A DNA stretch of 64,000 bases from Catajapyx aquilonaris (Eukaryota): the NCBI GenBank assembly GCA_000934665.2, contig KZ538231.1:1-64000 (forward strand). Reading direction: 5' to 3'. The notes under the pieces were generated by a model. It was not told where the DNA came from and searched no databases. It was given only the letters and a program-made list of their open reading frames with translations. A program made the position numbers and the translations under genes. Below are positions 12,946 to 26,500 of the stretch, one piece after another. The stretch's first letter is position 1, and each line of letters opens with the position of its first letter.

Positions 12946-13215
12946 GTCCACATGTGCTCCAACTTTTTTTTTTCCGTTTCACATTGAAATTTTTTCTGGC
13001 TCTTGTTTGAAATTCCAGGTGAAGCAACATTAAGAAATAGTCAGCTTGCATCATCCCTTCTCGTGTCCCTGCTGCTCTACCCGGCATACCGAAAGAGAGG
13101 AGTAGTGAGCCCCCCGAGCAGCAAAAGCGCTGGCAAATCTGTTCTTATAAAGCGATGAAAATATGGCAGCGGCTCTCCTGAGGGACCAAGAAGGAGCTAC
13201 GTAAAGCTATAGGAG

Positions 13216-13262
13216 GCTGCTGCTGCTGCTGCTGCTTCTGCTCCTGCTGCTGCTGCTGCTGC
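13216..13262. repeat. Interrupted (CTG)n / (CAG)n trinucleotide repeat
   Basis: GCT repeats with two interruptions. Confidence 0.9.
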
Positions 13263-13831
13263 ACCATCTTCCAGGATCGATGCTTTACATGCACCGCTGC
13301 CACGTCGGAGCCAACCGGAGACAGGCCACGCCTTCTTTCACACACCCCCCTTCTATATTTGCACTCTCCCTCTTCATTTATGACCCACCCAAGAGAAAAT
13401 ACTCGCTGTTGTTGTTTTTTCTCTCTTTCTCTCTCGCTGTCTTGCGCTTTTTTTTTTGAGGGGGGGGGGGNGGGGGGGGGGGGAGGCTCGAGATGTGTCG
13501 CGTGCTAGACACAAACCATCTGGCTACCCTGCTCCGAAGGGGTGACCCAAAATGGCCACATCGTCTCAAAAATCTCATCTCGCAAATTATGTGCGCGTGT
13601 CGGGGGGTGGGGTGTCCAAAGCACCACCAGTTTTTCAGAAAGGTGGCTATCACAGCAGGTGAGGGTTGGAGACGATATGCTCATGTTGGCACCCATGCTG
13701 TCACATTTGTATGCAAATCAGATGAGGTGGTCAAAATGACTGGCCTTCACATGCCTAACTCCCTCTCTAGGAGGTGTCATTTGGCTTGTATGAGGCGGAG
13801 CCATTTATTTGGTCCAAGCTCCTTTACGTTC

Positions 13832-13980
13832 GGTTGCACCATCTCCAGAAAACATTTTCCGGCTGGAAAAGAGCCAGAATAGTTTGATATTCATAATTGC
13901 GAGCATTGGTGTCCATAATGAATATCAAACTTTTCTGGCTCTTTTCCAGCCGGAAAATGTTTCCTGGAGATGGTGCAACC
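13832..13980. repeat. Long inverted repeat (63-bp arms, 23-nt loop)
   Basis: 13832-13894 pairs with 13918-13980 at 61/63. Confidence 0.9.
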
Positions 13981-13988
13981 AGACCTAC

Positions 13989-14088
13989 AGATTAGGGCTA
14001 TACACACAACCACTTCTTCTGTTCCAAGCATGTAGCTTCTAAAACATGCTTGGAAGAAAAGAAGTGGGTGTGTGAATATCCCTCATCT
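13989..14088. repeat. Imperfect hairpin (45-bp arms, 10-nt loop)
   Basis: 13989-14033 pairs with 14044-14088 at 39/45; the core TTCCAAGCATGT/ACATGCTTGGAA is perfect. Confidence 0.8.
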
Positions 14089-17000
14089 TGACCCAAGATT
14101 TTAATAAACTTTTGAAGCGCATAGTATAGTCACGCATGGCTAGCTGTCCATCTACTGTATATTTCTCACTATTTCGCCTCATGATGGAATTCACCCAGTG
14201 ACGTACCCTGTTTTATGGGGTGATGTGAAGGAGGGGGGGTGGTAGGCCCAGAAGGAAGGGAGAGGAGGATGGAAGGAGCGTGTGAGGGAGGTGGGGAGGG
14301 GGGGGGGGGTGCAGGAGACGGCTGTGGAATCCGATGGCAAATTCAAATGGAAGAATTTTCCCGAGCGTATGGGAAGGTGGTGGGAGGAGGAAGAGGAAAG
14401 CTGGGGGGGTGGTAGGGAGGTGGAGAAAAGCAATCGATATATCTAGAAAAGGTGTTAGCTTGAAAAGCATTCTTAAGAGGAGGAGGGAAGTGCTTCTGGA
14501 AGCGTCGACTGTGTTCCTCTCACTCTGTCAGTCTGGATTTTACACCACCTCAAAGCCCACCTCTCCTGTCACTTATTACGTCCATCTCAAATTAAATCGC
14601 CCTCTTGTTTATATACAACCACATGTATTACATGGATATAAACTTCTTATATACCACTGGTGACAGGGATATCTTCTTATATATTTTTTTTTGTCTCCCA
14701 TCATATGACAGCAAGACAGACGCGAGTAAAACGGACCGGGACAAGTTTGGGGGCAACACAAGTGGCCTTTTTCAGCGTGTCTTTGTTGCGTCTGACCGAT
14801 CCTCCCCGCCACTGGCCATCTGTTTTTGCTGGGTGGGGTTTTCTGGCGGAAGATGAGTCCAATGGGTTCGGATTGCAGTCTCAAGTCGCCCTCTTTTGTT
14901 CCCCCTTGCTGCCCATCGCGCTCAATTCATTTCAATCATCTCCCGACTGCAAACTTCTTCCTTATTTCCCATCTTCCTCCTCTTTTTTTTCCCCCTCCCT
15001 CTCCTTCCCTCCAACTAGTTTTCCGCACCCCCCCCCCTTCCCATCCTCCCTCCACCTCCGAGCTGCTGGGTCCGTCATAAAAGTTGCTGGCTCCATGCAA
15101 ACTTCCTAATGAAAGAAGGGAGCCGGCTCGGAATATAAGTATATGTTATATAAGTCGAGAAGGGAGAGACCATGTCGCCAAGCAATGACCCTGCTTCCAG
15201 GCTACACAGGGTGAACCAGAAGGAAAAAAGACGCAAATCCAAAATGGCCGACCTGACCCTTGTCCATGCACAGCATCAGCCAACCGTGCTATACAGAAAC
15301 TTGGAAGGCGATTGCTTCTTCGCGTGACACATGTAGCCCCCGCTATCTGCTTATCCAGAATGGCTTGGCTGAACACGACCATGAAAGGTGGGAATGGGCG
15401 GCGCTAAAGACATGTTATTTGGAACACCCTCCGGTTTTTAAAACAGGGCGACGGTGGTGCTCTATAGCACCACCGTCACCGCCATGTTCCACATTATTTA
15501 AATAAATAAAAAAAATACTGACAGTTTTAGAAGAGTATCCTGCGAGATATGCAACCCACCGAATTGCACAACATTCCTGTTCTGTCCTCCAAAACACTTC
15601 AAATCAGACAATTAACATGTGAAATACTCTTGCATCCGGTACCCGGACGTTACCCCTTCAAACAAAAAAGCAGCAGCCCAGCAAAAAGGCCGAGGTGAAG
15701 ATGCAGATGAGCAGAAGCGAAAAAAGACCCCGCCCATCGGGACATAAAGATAATTTAGAAGACAGGTAATTAGGAGTACAAGGGCGGCCTTACAGGGGGC
15801 CCTTCGGTGATGGGTGGGAAAAGACATAGGGCATCTTGCGTCATTCCATGCCCAACATATGCCCTCTTAAAGCAGTCAACGTCGCCGTTAATGAAGAAAC
15901 CTGTCCGCCCTTTTGACTCCTCAGTACTCCATTCCGCACCAAGGTTTTCAAACGTCTCCTTTCTCAACTCCGAGGGTAATTCATTGCAAATGCATCGATC
16001 CGGACCTTGGATCCTGTAGGTGGTGGTGCCCCCTTCAAATAAATATGGCCGAAATATTTCCGACAACTGCGCAAATGTGCAATTAATGCACTTGCATTGT
16101 CGCATGGTATGCCTCTCAAAAAAAAATGGGTCGCGTGAGAGCCTGCAATACGTCATCTTAGGTGAATCCAGTTGTTCTTACGCGCGTGTACGGCGTGCCA
16201 CGTCTTTATTAAATTTCATTACGTCGCCTCCTGACTAATTTATCGGCGGCTACTGTTCGATGACGTGCCTGGTTGGCCACTTTTTTTTGGCAACATCCTT
16301 TTTTTTTTGTGGGCTTCCTCAATTTTCCTTGTAGGATCGCGTCCACGTACGAGCGTGCATGGGGACTTGATTTTGGTGGCTGTTGTATGCACCTTTGTCG
16401 GCGGGACACCTGGGCAGGTGTCAAGGCCAGCTGGGCACCACGGGGGTTATGGGTCTGCTGCCAGGTTAGTTATGCTCTCCTGACATTGGTCGTCCTCTAA
16501 AGCCTAAAAAACCCTGGGTCGTCAACCCTTCTTCCAAATATTTCCACGATTGCACAATCCACCCAGGCATTTACTCTCATTTCCATGGGCTTGCAATCGA
16601 TTCCCAGTCCTTGTCTGCCAAATCAAATATACCATAAAGGATAATAAAAAGCGCGCAACTCGTCCCAATATCTTAGCGGATTCAACGACTGGAATTTTTA
16701 GTCACAATTAAGATACGCCGGATGAGACTGCTCGACGAAGACAACATAGAACATAATTAAGGAAGAAGGAGTGACAAACGAGGCATCATTTAAAATAATG
16801 ACCCACCCCTCGCTAATCGAATGATAAGGAATCATTGAGATGTTCCCAGATGATTTACACAACTTCCCAAAAAACGCACCGGGTCGGAAATAAATAATAT
16901 TTTCAACTACACCGTCATTTTTCCTCCTGTTAGAGAGAATGACCCAGCAGATGAGCCTCCCCTGATAAGCCCTATCATGCCCGCACTACAGTAATTTGAA

Positions 17001-17274
17001 ATTCAGCCTGCATATACAGTATGAAAGCCTCCCCCCCCTGAACTAATCTAATTCGCAGAGGACACAAGGCAAGACTAGCAAAGCAGGAAAGGTTAACAAA
17101 AAAATGTCAAGTGGAAGTGAAGTTGAAGATGACCAGAGATAGTCGGAAGGAAGGAAGCGCTGGCAGAAGCAGCAGCATCCGCGTGAGAAGAAAAAGGGAA
17201 GAGGAAAAAGAGGCCGCCATACATATTCATGTCTGGTCGGCGGTGGCCCAAACCTCCCATCCACCCCCCCCCCC

Positions 17275-17554
17275 NNNNNNNNNNNNNNNNNNNNNNNNNN
17301 NNNNNNNNNNNNNNNNNNNNNNNNNNNNNNNNNNNNNNNNNNNNNNNNNNNNNNNNNNNNNNNNNNNNNNNNNNNNNNNNNNNNNNNNNNNNNNNNNNNN
17401 NNNNNNNNNNNNNNNNNNNNNNNNNNNNNNNNNNNNNNNNNNNNNNNNNNNNNNNNNNNNNNNNNNNNNNNNNNNNNNNNNNNNNNNNNNNNNNNNNNNN
17501 NNNNNNNNNNNNNNNNNNNNNNNNNNNNNNNNNNNNNNNNNNNNNNNNNNNNNN
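17275..17554. other. Assembly gap (280 N)
   Basis: N run following a poly-C tract. Confidence 1.
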
Positions 17555-20500
17555 CTGAAAGTCTAATGCATTTGCAGTGGGTGTGAAAAAAAAAACTCGT
17601 TTCCTTTTAGCCTGCATGTCTGTTTTTGACCAACTGGCCCGTGACCTCGCACGTCACGCTCAGGGCGGGGAGGAGGGCAGCGTTACGTTTCAACATGAAC
17701 GTCACGCACTATACGCTGCTAAACTGTTCATTTCGTTAACTCGTATACTCAAAAAAAAATTTAAACAAATATCGGGCTGATGATGTATGATTAGGGACCT
17801 TGTCCTGCTTACTTTGGACACATGGTAGCCAACACCTGCCACAAAAACCCAGCGATGTATAATTTACGTATACGGGCTCCTTACCGCGATTTTTGGCACG
17901 CAGGGGACGTATTAATTATTGTTGCCTGCGGGCGGCCAAAAAGCTTACCCACATAACATACATTGTTACCTCCTCCTGCTATCCATCTCTTTATTCATTC
18001 ACTCACTCACCCATCCATCCATCAGTCCGTCCATCCATATATCCATGAATCCATGTGTGCAACCATCCATCTAGCCATCAGTCTGATGCTTCATTAGGAC
18101 CCAGTTATCCGTCAGGATAAATGACATCCTCCCCATACCCTCACTCTCTCACCTCACACACACACACACATACCCAACATTCGCTCAATCAAAGCACCCA
18201 TCCACCGGGCTTATCTTGAGGGATTTGTGCTCACTGCAAAGGTCAAAATTATTGCGAATGGGTTTGTCATGTAAAAAGGAACGACATGCAGCTCCTGAGA
18301 GTGGTGGTATATATGGAAGGGGGGGGGGGGTGCACCACGTGTATAATGGCCAATAATGGCCCTTACGTGCCCCACGCTTAATCAGCTCGCACGCACTTCA
18401 TTTGCAAAAGCTTACTATACTTCCTGTGCTCTCCATTCCACTCAATTTACTCCGATTAAGCCTCACAACGCACTGTTTGGCAAACTCTACAAAAAAAAAA
18501 AGTAGTCTCCCCCATCTGGGATTTTTATTTCCTTCTCACTCCTTGACAAACAGGGATGACTTCTCTCCCAAACATTTGCTGAGGTATAAAACCCCCGTGG
18601 TTGTGAAACGGGACAAAAGACCAAACGTCGCACCTGGACAGCCTATACCTCACACTTGGTTTCGCTTCTTTTCCTCTAAAAGTTAGTTGCCTTTTCCAAA
18701 CCCCCCCAAGGGATCACCCTGGAATTTTTGGGACGTTTACACAGTAAAAACGAGTTGGGGAAGCCAAAATTTCCCCGGATGTCCGCGTGGGAAAAATATC
18801 CCTTCTATGGAAAAAAAAAGGTTCGTTTTCTCCCCCAATTCTTCCCCCACCCCCTGCCACTGAATGCAAATAAACGTATGGAGTTTCAGCTGTCAGGTCA
18901 TTCTCTGCAGCACCATCCCCTTATGGGAGTTCAAAAAAGCAGTATACATTTCTCCCTCCACCTGGGACACTCGCTAAAAAAAATGCCTAATTGCGCATGC
19001 GTGTATTGCGTTGAGTGAGTGATCGAGTGTATGTTAACCCACGCAACCTGCCTTCCGGGAGCCGCACTTTCAAAAAACCCCTCCCCCCCCCCCCCAACTC
19101 CAATTAAATCCCCTTTTCTTGATCAGCATCTGGCATTCCCTGCACGATTCCCTCGCACTTTGACATTTGTCAATGTTTCTCACTGGACGCCCAGTACCAC
19201 CCACCCAAAAAAGGCTCGAAACGGTTAAGTCATCAACCGGGAAAAATTACCTCCTCCGGCGGCGTCTCGAAGGAGTCGGAGCAGCAGATGTGAAGGCCTT
19301 TTTCACTCACTAAATGTGCAAACGCATCGACTCTGACACTAATTCATGCCCGAGGTTGTCAGGAAGTTGGAGGATCCCTAAGCATAATACAGCGACATTG
19401 ATTAGGGTCATTTGTTTCTTCATATACCGACCCAGGCTTATCCCAATAGGGAGCGCTCTCGAGATGGTGAAAAATTCATGTCTTTCCATGGCATCCATTC
19501 CGGTAACGGTTGCTTCATCCTCTTGCATTTTTCATCAGGTCGCAATTAGACATACAAAATGTCAGGACAACTTCAGGACACCTAAGCTATCAATATTATT
19601 ATGTGCTTACTGCGCTGACAAGCTTGGATCCATAAGAAAGAGGCACGTACTTAGATCCGAATAAGACATTGATCTACCTCTGCATGACTCCAAAGAGGCA
19701 CAGTGACTTGTGTCAGACAGCAACGTTGCGAATCACGTAATGCCGGGATATTGATTCTCATTTTTTTTGCGTGATGTAATATGACAGGAACACGTCATTT
19801 TTTTCAGGGTCTCACTTCCAGAATAAAACGAGAGATATGAATATTTAGCGACAATGCCTGATTTAATTACAGGTATGACCGTTATGTTTCTGAAAATGTT
19901 CCGCTTTCTTCTCAGTTCAGAATGTCACCTGCTAACTGGCAAGAGAATCACCTGTGCACGTGCTGTATTTTACATGAGGAACGTATATTGAGCGGATAGG
20001 GTTGAGCAGGTGGGGGAGGAGAGTGGGAGAAGGGGGTGGGAGTCAGGAAAGCCGCAATCATGCCGTCAATGGTCTACCTGCCAAGAGGCAACCGCCGATC
20101 GAATAGAAACCCGCGCGACTAAATATTTCCACATCTCCCCACAACCAAAAAATCGGGGCCAAAAACGTACGGAACAAACCCCCCCCCGCTACGATCCACC
20201 TGCACCTGGGCTTACGACTGTCCTCTCAGACATTATTAACTTTATTAAACTGTCAAGATAACCGGATTTTGCTTCCAAAGTGAAATCGGAAAGGAATTGA
20301 GTTTCGTGACGGGGGCTCCAACACCGCCATTCATTTTTAATTCGCCACTGAATCGTAATTGTGCCCTGCTTTTCTGCGACCCTTGCAATGTACGCTGTAA
20401 ACATGCGGCAATACTGAAAAACCGCAAGTCTCTTAAAAAAAAAAAAAAGTTGGCAAGAGCAAGAAATGCAGGAAGGAAAAGCTGGGAGGGAGGCGGCGAG

Positions 20501-23500
20501 AATATGGCCGAAGCCTTCTCGAAAAGTGTGTGTTGAACAGGACATTTATACCCGGAAATGAGATAAAATATCGGCTAACACCCGCCCCTTCTGCCGAAGA
20601 GCTACAAAGATCGACGGCTCCCCGACACCAGAGGGGACCAAAGGCAACACAAGCTCCGTATCTCACCCAACTGATCTGCATGGGCCGTGATACCCTCCTA
20701 ATTGGCCATCGCCTAATGTGGCAAATTTTTAGGCCGCATGCCAAAGTTACGTGTGAGAAAAACTGGACAGGAATGATTTAAATTCTCTCTCTCTCACTCC
20801 AATGAGAATCGCATCCAAGTATGGGCGCAGTTCGGGACGTAAACAAGGCGATAAATCCATAGCGGAACACTTTTAGGCAAAACGCGACTTGTACATGAAA
20901 GACACATGCTTCATCTGTAATAAGTGGTCCTCACTTACCTACCTCCCATGTAATGCGTACAGTATGGCCAGCACGTGCTGACCTCTACCGACGGATCTGA
21001 AATGCAGATGCCCGCCGGTTCTTTGCATCATTCAAATGCTATATATTTCGCAGTAATGATCCAGCGCAATGATCACTCGCTGTCATTTTCTTCATGCTCC
21101 CCTTGCCCGTGCATAGATCAAAAAGAATCCACCCTCCATTTACATGTCTACAAAGAGATGGAAATTGCACCAAAAATCAAGGGAGAGCCTAGGGGATTAA
21201 TTTAGTTTATTCCTTAAAAGGCCCCCACATATATCTCACATACTCGGCATATGGATTAGTACAAAAAAAATAATACATATATGTAGAGTCTCTTTCGCAG
21301 CACGTCATCGGTTGGAGCCACAAACAACCGAAAGGCACATCAAACGCCCGCTTACCTTTCCGACGGCTGTCAAATAAATAACACACTTAATTCCAGGCTG
21401 CGTCTCCTTTAATTAGGGGTCGTGCCCATGCAAAATTACCCGCCGACTTAATTACTGCGGGGCACGAAGGAGGAAAAGACTTATTTTCTGGCGCTCTGCT
21501 TGTTGGAAGCCACCAACAGCCGGCAGGAAAGAACCACAACCCCCCCCTACCTGGTCGAACACAAAAAATATATTCAACCCAAAAGTGGAAAGGTAAAAAT
21601 TTTCCAACAGTAATTCCAACACACACCTGTGCACCAGTGCAAAGGTCGACATATTTAACACCTTTTCGCGGCATGATTTATCGCCGATTAATCGTCACAG
21701 CCTTTTTTTCTTTAAAGTGTCAAAAGAAAATGGTGGTTACAAAAACTTACAAGAGGGGAGATTTTTCCCGTGAGACTGCATATCTCAATCATTCGATTCG
21801 ATTTGGAAGTGTCTGGTGGCACGCTGATTTCTCACGAGCTGGGATTCGGAATTAAAGCTTCACCGACCTTTGGTATGACTCGTGTCGATATTACGCAGTT
21901 CGTCAGCCCGAACAGTAAAAAAAGCGCTACTGATAATCGAAAATTTCCCAGACTATTGGGAACACTTTTTTCCCCCCTCCCCTTTTCCCTTATGGCTCTC
22001 AGGGAAACTTCAAACTAGTTTCGCCAACCTTCTCTGTAAAGAACTGACGCCAAAAAGTCAATTATTAATTTATACAACGACATCCAAGCTCTTAACAATA
22101 TAAAGTCACACCTCCTGATTTGGAAAGCTGCGTCCTTTTTTTTAAAAAAAAATGGACGATGTGGGAGAAGTCCTTCTTGTCCTTTTTTTTTTCTTTCTCA
22201 CCTGCCCAAAAGCGAACTCTTGAAAGTCATCAACCTCCAGACTCATTATAAGTTGGCGGGGCCCAGATTGGTCGGCCTTCTTCCCAATTGCTCGTGCGTA
22301 TCGCTTTTCACTTCCAACTAAGATTTAACTGCAGCCTCCCCCCCTATTATAGCCATCCCTTCTTCTTCTTCTTCTTCAGGCAGGGAGCAAGCAAGCGGAC
22401 AAGAATCACTCCCCAAATCAATTCCCCAAGCATGGATGTCCCCGGGTCCAATTGGCCGGCTTAGCGTGTTTCCAAAAACGGCCTATGTCCAGATGGCACC
22501 CCCCCACCCAGCCCTTTGCAGCAAAGCAGATGGGTCGTCCACGGAGACAAGAAAAGGAAAAGAAAAGACGGGGGAAAAAAAGTAGGAGGGATATCCTTCC
22601 GTCCGTCCATCCATCCAAGCAGATGGATTGGCCAGAAGCAGTTTGAGCACGCCGACAATGCGCCGCTTTTATGCGGCTGTGACAACACCAGGTCCCTTCC
22701 CCAGAAAAAAAAGGACCGTTTCGCACCTTAGTCCTTGTTTGCCTTTTTTTTTTCTTCTCGTCCAGTCCAAATCCCAGGATCAATTTACAAATGCCAGATC
22801 AACAGTAATCAATGCGGCCTTTGCAAATCTATGAGACGGGGGTCATAAATACGGTGGAAGGAATCAGGGGAGATTCTCGTAATGTTCTCATTTCTCTGGG
22901 TCTTCCTCCGTTCATTTGTTTCCAGCGAGTGAAACGAAAGCGGGAGGGACACTTTCAAAATAGAAGATTGCAAGCAAGGAGCTGACTTCCCCAAAGCTTC
23001 AGGTCGAGCCAGATAAATCCTGGCTGCGGATATCATCGGAGAGCATTAGCGTCCGCCAAGTAGCGCCATACTTCAATGGCCTTCTTATCAAAAATTGTGC
23101 CGGGCATAAAAAAAGATACATATACGAGCGCAAAAAAAAAAAAGTTGGCATATATATACTGCCATGTAAACACACGGTTTCACATGAGTCGCTTTGACAT
23201 TTTGAAATGCGTGCGAGTCCAATTAAGGGGCTCTTACATTTTGGTAAGTGGAATGAGCCTCTCAGGCACCTGCCTATCTACATCTAGGCTCAAACTTTTG
23301 CCCTTGGTAATTACTGACGCAACGAAAGGTCCTCGTCCCTTTGCCCCTAGCACGCAAACTTTAAATTAGCTGCCGGTGATTAAGCCGGTCAGAGTTAAAA
23401 TAATTATCCTTACACACCCCCTAAATACTACCTAGAATCACACATGCTGAAGCAGGAGGGTCGAGGGGGAAAAAAATAACAAGGCGGTGTGTATTCTCAA

Positions 23501-26500
23501 CCTGGACATTGCAATAGTGTGATTGCAGCAAATGCACTTAAATGTCCATACAGTTGGCGCAGGACAATGGTTGCAGGTTTCTGCAGTTAGATGTCAGTGC
23601 ACATATAGCCACCGATATATTTTTTTACATATTTTATACCGACTTGTAATTGCAGTAAACTCAGTTCTGATTGTGAACCCTCCACTAAAATATTGATGAA
23701 TTTGTTCGAGGACCGATCACATGGGTGATGCCATTTTTGGTCCAAATTCTTACCCAGCAGTTCCTTTTTTGCTCGATAAATCTGAATGCGTTCTGCATTT
23801 ATACACATTTCCCTACCCCTGTTGATATGTTCAAGTTTAGCAGCAGTAAATTCCTACATTCTGCGGGGCCCAAACAGTAAAGCAAATACAAGAAAATCAC
23901 GGATTCGAGCCTCGCAGCTGGAGACTGGAAGTTGCATCAACCCTCAGCCAACTTGGTCATATACCGAGGCCAGAATGAGTTTTGGCAGGTGATTTAGAGT
24001 GCGGACTGCGGACTGGAGGTTTTTTTCCCCCCCCCCCCCTCCTTCTCCTCCCATTTTTTGAGGGGGGGGGGGGGAGGCGGCCATCATTGCTGGCTCATGA
24101 ACCATATTTAGTGTCCGGGGGGGCCCGCGAATCGAACAAAAGGCGGCCAAGTGGCTGGGAAGCGTTTACCAGCGCGTTAATTTTTTATTCATAATGTCGG
24201 AGGACAGCGAGCCGGCGTCTGCCAAGGCAAAAGAGGAGGAGACGCCTCCCGACGCCATCATAACCCCCTCCCCACCCACCCTAAATCCTCCCACCCGCCT
24301 ACCTCCTAAAAACTTCCCTCCCAAAAAAAACCTCCACCAGCCAAAACCACACTAAAAGTTGAGAAAGTTTGCCGATTTGCGCTCGCCTTTTTTACTCCCA
24401 GGTTATCATTGCGCATGCGTAATAGCAGGCGGCCATCTGCAATGTAATGAACTGTAGCAGCTGATGCTGCACTCTATCGGACACACACAGGTATTCTGCA
24501 GTAATTAATAATTTTTTTTTCTCGCAATTTGATTTAAGTGGGAAACATGATCTTATAGGTACAAGTAGTACATGTAGGCTAGCTTTTTTTTAATCGACAT
24601 CCCAGGCGAGATGGCGACGGCATGGAAATCTCGCTTCCGGGCCTCCTCCAGTAGGAAATATCGAGCCCCTACTTTTTTTTCCGCAGCGGGCTTCAAATCC
24701 GGTTAGCAATGGTGTCGAGGACCCCCACCCCCTCATTTTGCCATCTCCCGTTGCTAAGGGCAACGATGCAGCTTGGGTGATGGGGTTCTACTAGTCAGAA
24801 AGGGGGTGGGTGGGTGGGTGGGTGAACCCGTTTTCTCCCACCCCCCACATAAGGTTTGATTCGGACCAGTAAGATGCAAATTAATTATTATTGAAATGAA
24901 TAGTGTCACACGTCTTCCAGGCTGGCTGAGGCCAGCAATTGGTAGGGCGGTGGGCCGCTCCCCCCCCCCTCTCAAAAAAAAGGAGCCTTGACTGGGACGT
25001 ACGTCAGGCAACTTTAGCCCGGAATGCAAAGACATGTCAAGAAATAAAGGCAACTGTCTGAAGACCTGATAAATCATTTAGAGCGCCTCCAGCTTATTGA
25101 TTTCTCCACCTCCCGGATGGCCAAGAAGCAGCGCTGTTCTCCCCCCCTCCCCCTCCTACCACCCCCTCTCCTTTCCTTCCGCCATCACCACTACAGAAAA
25201 CTAGCATCACTTTTTTATATATACATATACAGGGTGCTCTCCTATTGAACCATCCTGTGTACCAGATCGTTTCACAATTGACTGCTCCCCACATGCTCAG
25301 GATGCACTGCAGGTGCACCTGTGGGGGGGGGGGGGGGNGGTAGGGGTAGGTCCGAAAAAGAAGCCCCCCCTTGGCTCCCCCCTTCTCATCTCCTCCTTCC
25401 CCCCCATCTTCACCATCCTGCCCCCACTGCCAAGCCGCCGCAACACAAAAGGGCGTCATGCTTGTGAAACGCCGTGCTTCAAAGAGGAACGAGTTCTGCG
25501 TTCGAAGCGGAAATGGCGATCAGAAGAAATATGAAGCAATTTTGGAGTGCGAGGAGTAGGAAAGGAGAACAAGAAGATGGGGAGAGGGGGGGTGCATGGA
25601 AGGGATGGGGACGTCAGAGCCACAACACTGGTTCACTAGGATATACCGCCGTTTGCAATTAATGACCACAACTTTGCAATCATCCTGTACATCCTGCTAG
25701 AAGGTGTCGGACAGCGCCCTTTTGCCCTCATCTCACTCACCCCCCCTGCCATATTCTCCTCCCTTCATTCCTTCCTCTGGCATCTCTTCTCCTCTGAGAG
25801 AACTGTCGGGGGGCTGGGGCTGCTCCGACATGCAAAAGACATAAGACGCTCCTAAAAAATGCATTGATTCCGACCCCCGGACGAACGACGGCCGATCGAT
25901 AGTTTAGATGGCCATTTCAGATGAAAACACGAACGATGCAAACTGCTGGGGCTCTCCTCACCACCACCACGCCGTGGGGGAAAAAAAGGAGGCAGTGGGT
26001 GGTAGAGGGAGGCAGGGAGGTAGGAAAGGCCTTAGGGGGTGGGATGCTGCTGGACCGAGATGCTGATGCTCGCTCTATAGTCCTCCGCCCCATCCTACAT
26101 ATAGACACTTTTTTATCCTATACTCATTCAGCAGCCATTTTGACATTTCCCTCCGACCTCCGCCCTATTTACATATTACTGCCAGTACAGACATCGTGAG
26201 GATCAGCAGTAAAACCCTGCGACAGATGATGTGGGCTACCCAAATTATTAACTTCATTACCGGTTGCATGTACTTCTAGGCACTGCACCTTTTGTCAGGT
26301 GCAACCCCAACTGACATGACAGGAGCAGTCACACCCAACACCCGCAACAATTTTTTTCCGGATCTGTCATTGTCCAAGTGGGCTCCAGTTTAAAAAAAAA
26401 GCAGCACGGAAGTTGGGGGCGGGGGAGGAAACGAAGAGTGGCGGCCAAGTGGTTGGATCTGACCCGGTGACCAGCACCTGTCCAATTAGCAGCGAAGAGT

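Noticed and set aside
13145..13345. PolyQ-containing ORF on the minus strand
   Set aside because: Explained by the CAG/CTG microsatellite; the flanks are not protein-like and no convincing splice sites were seen.
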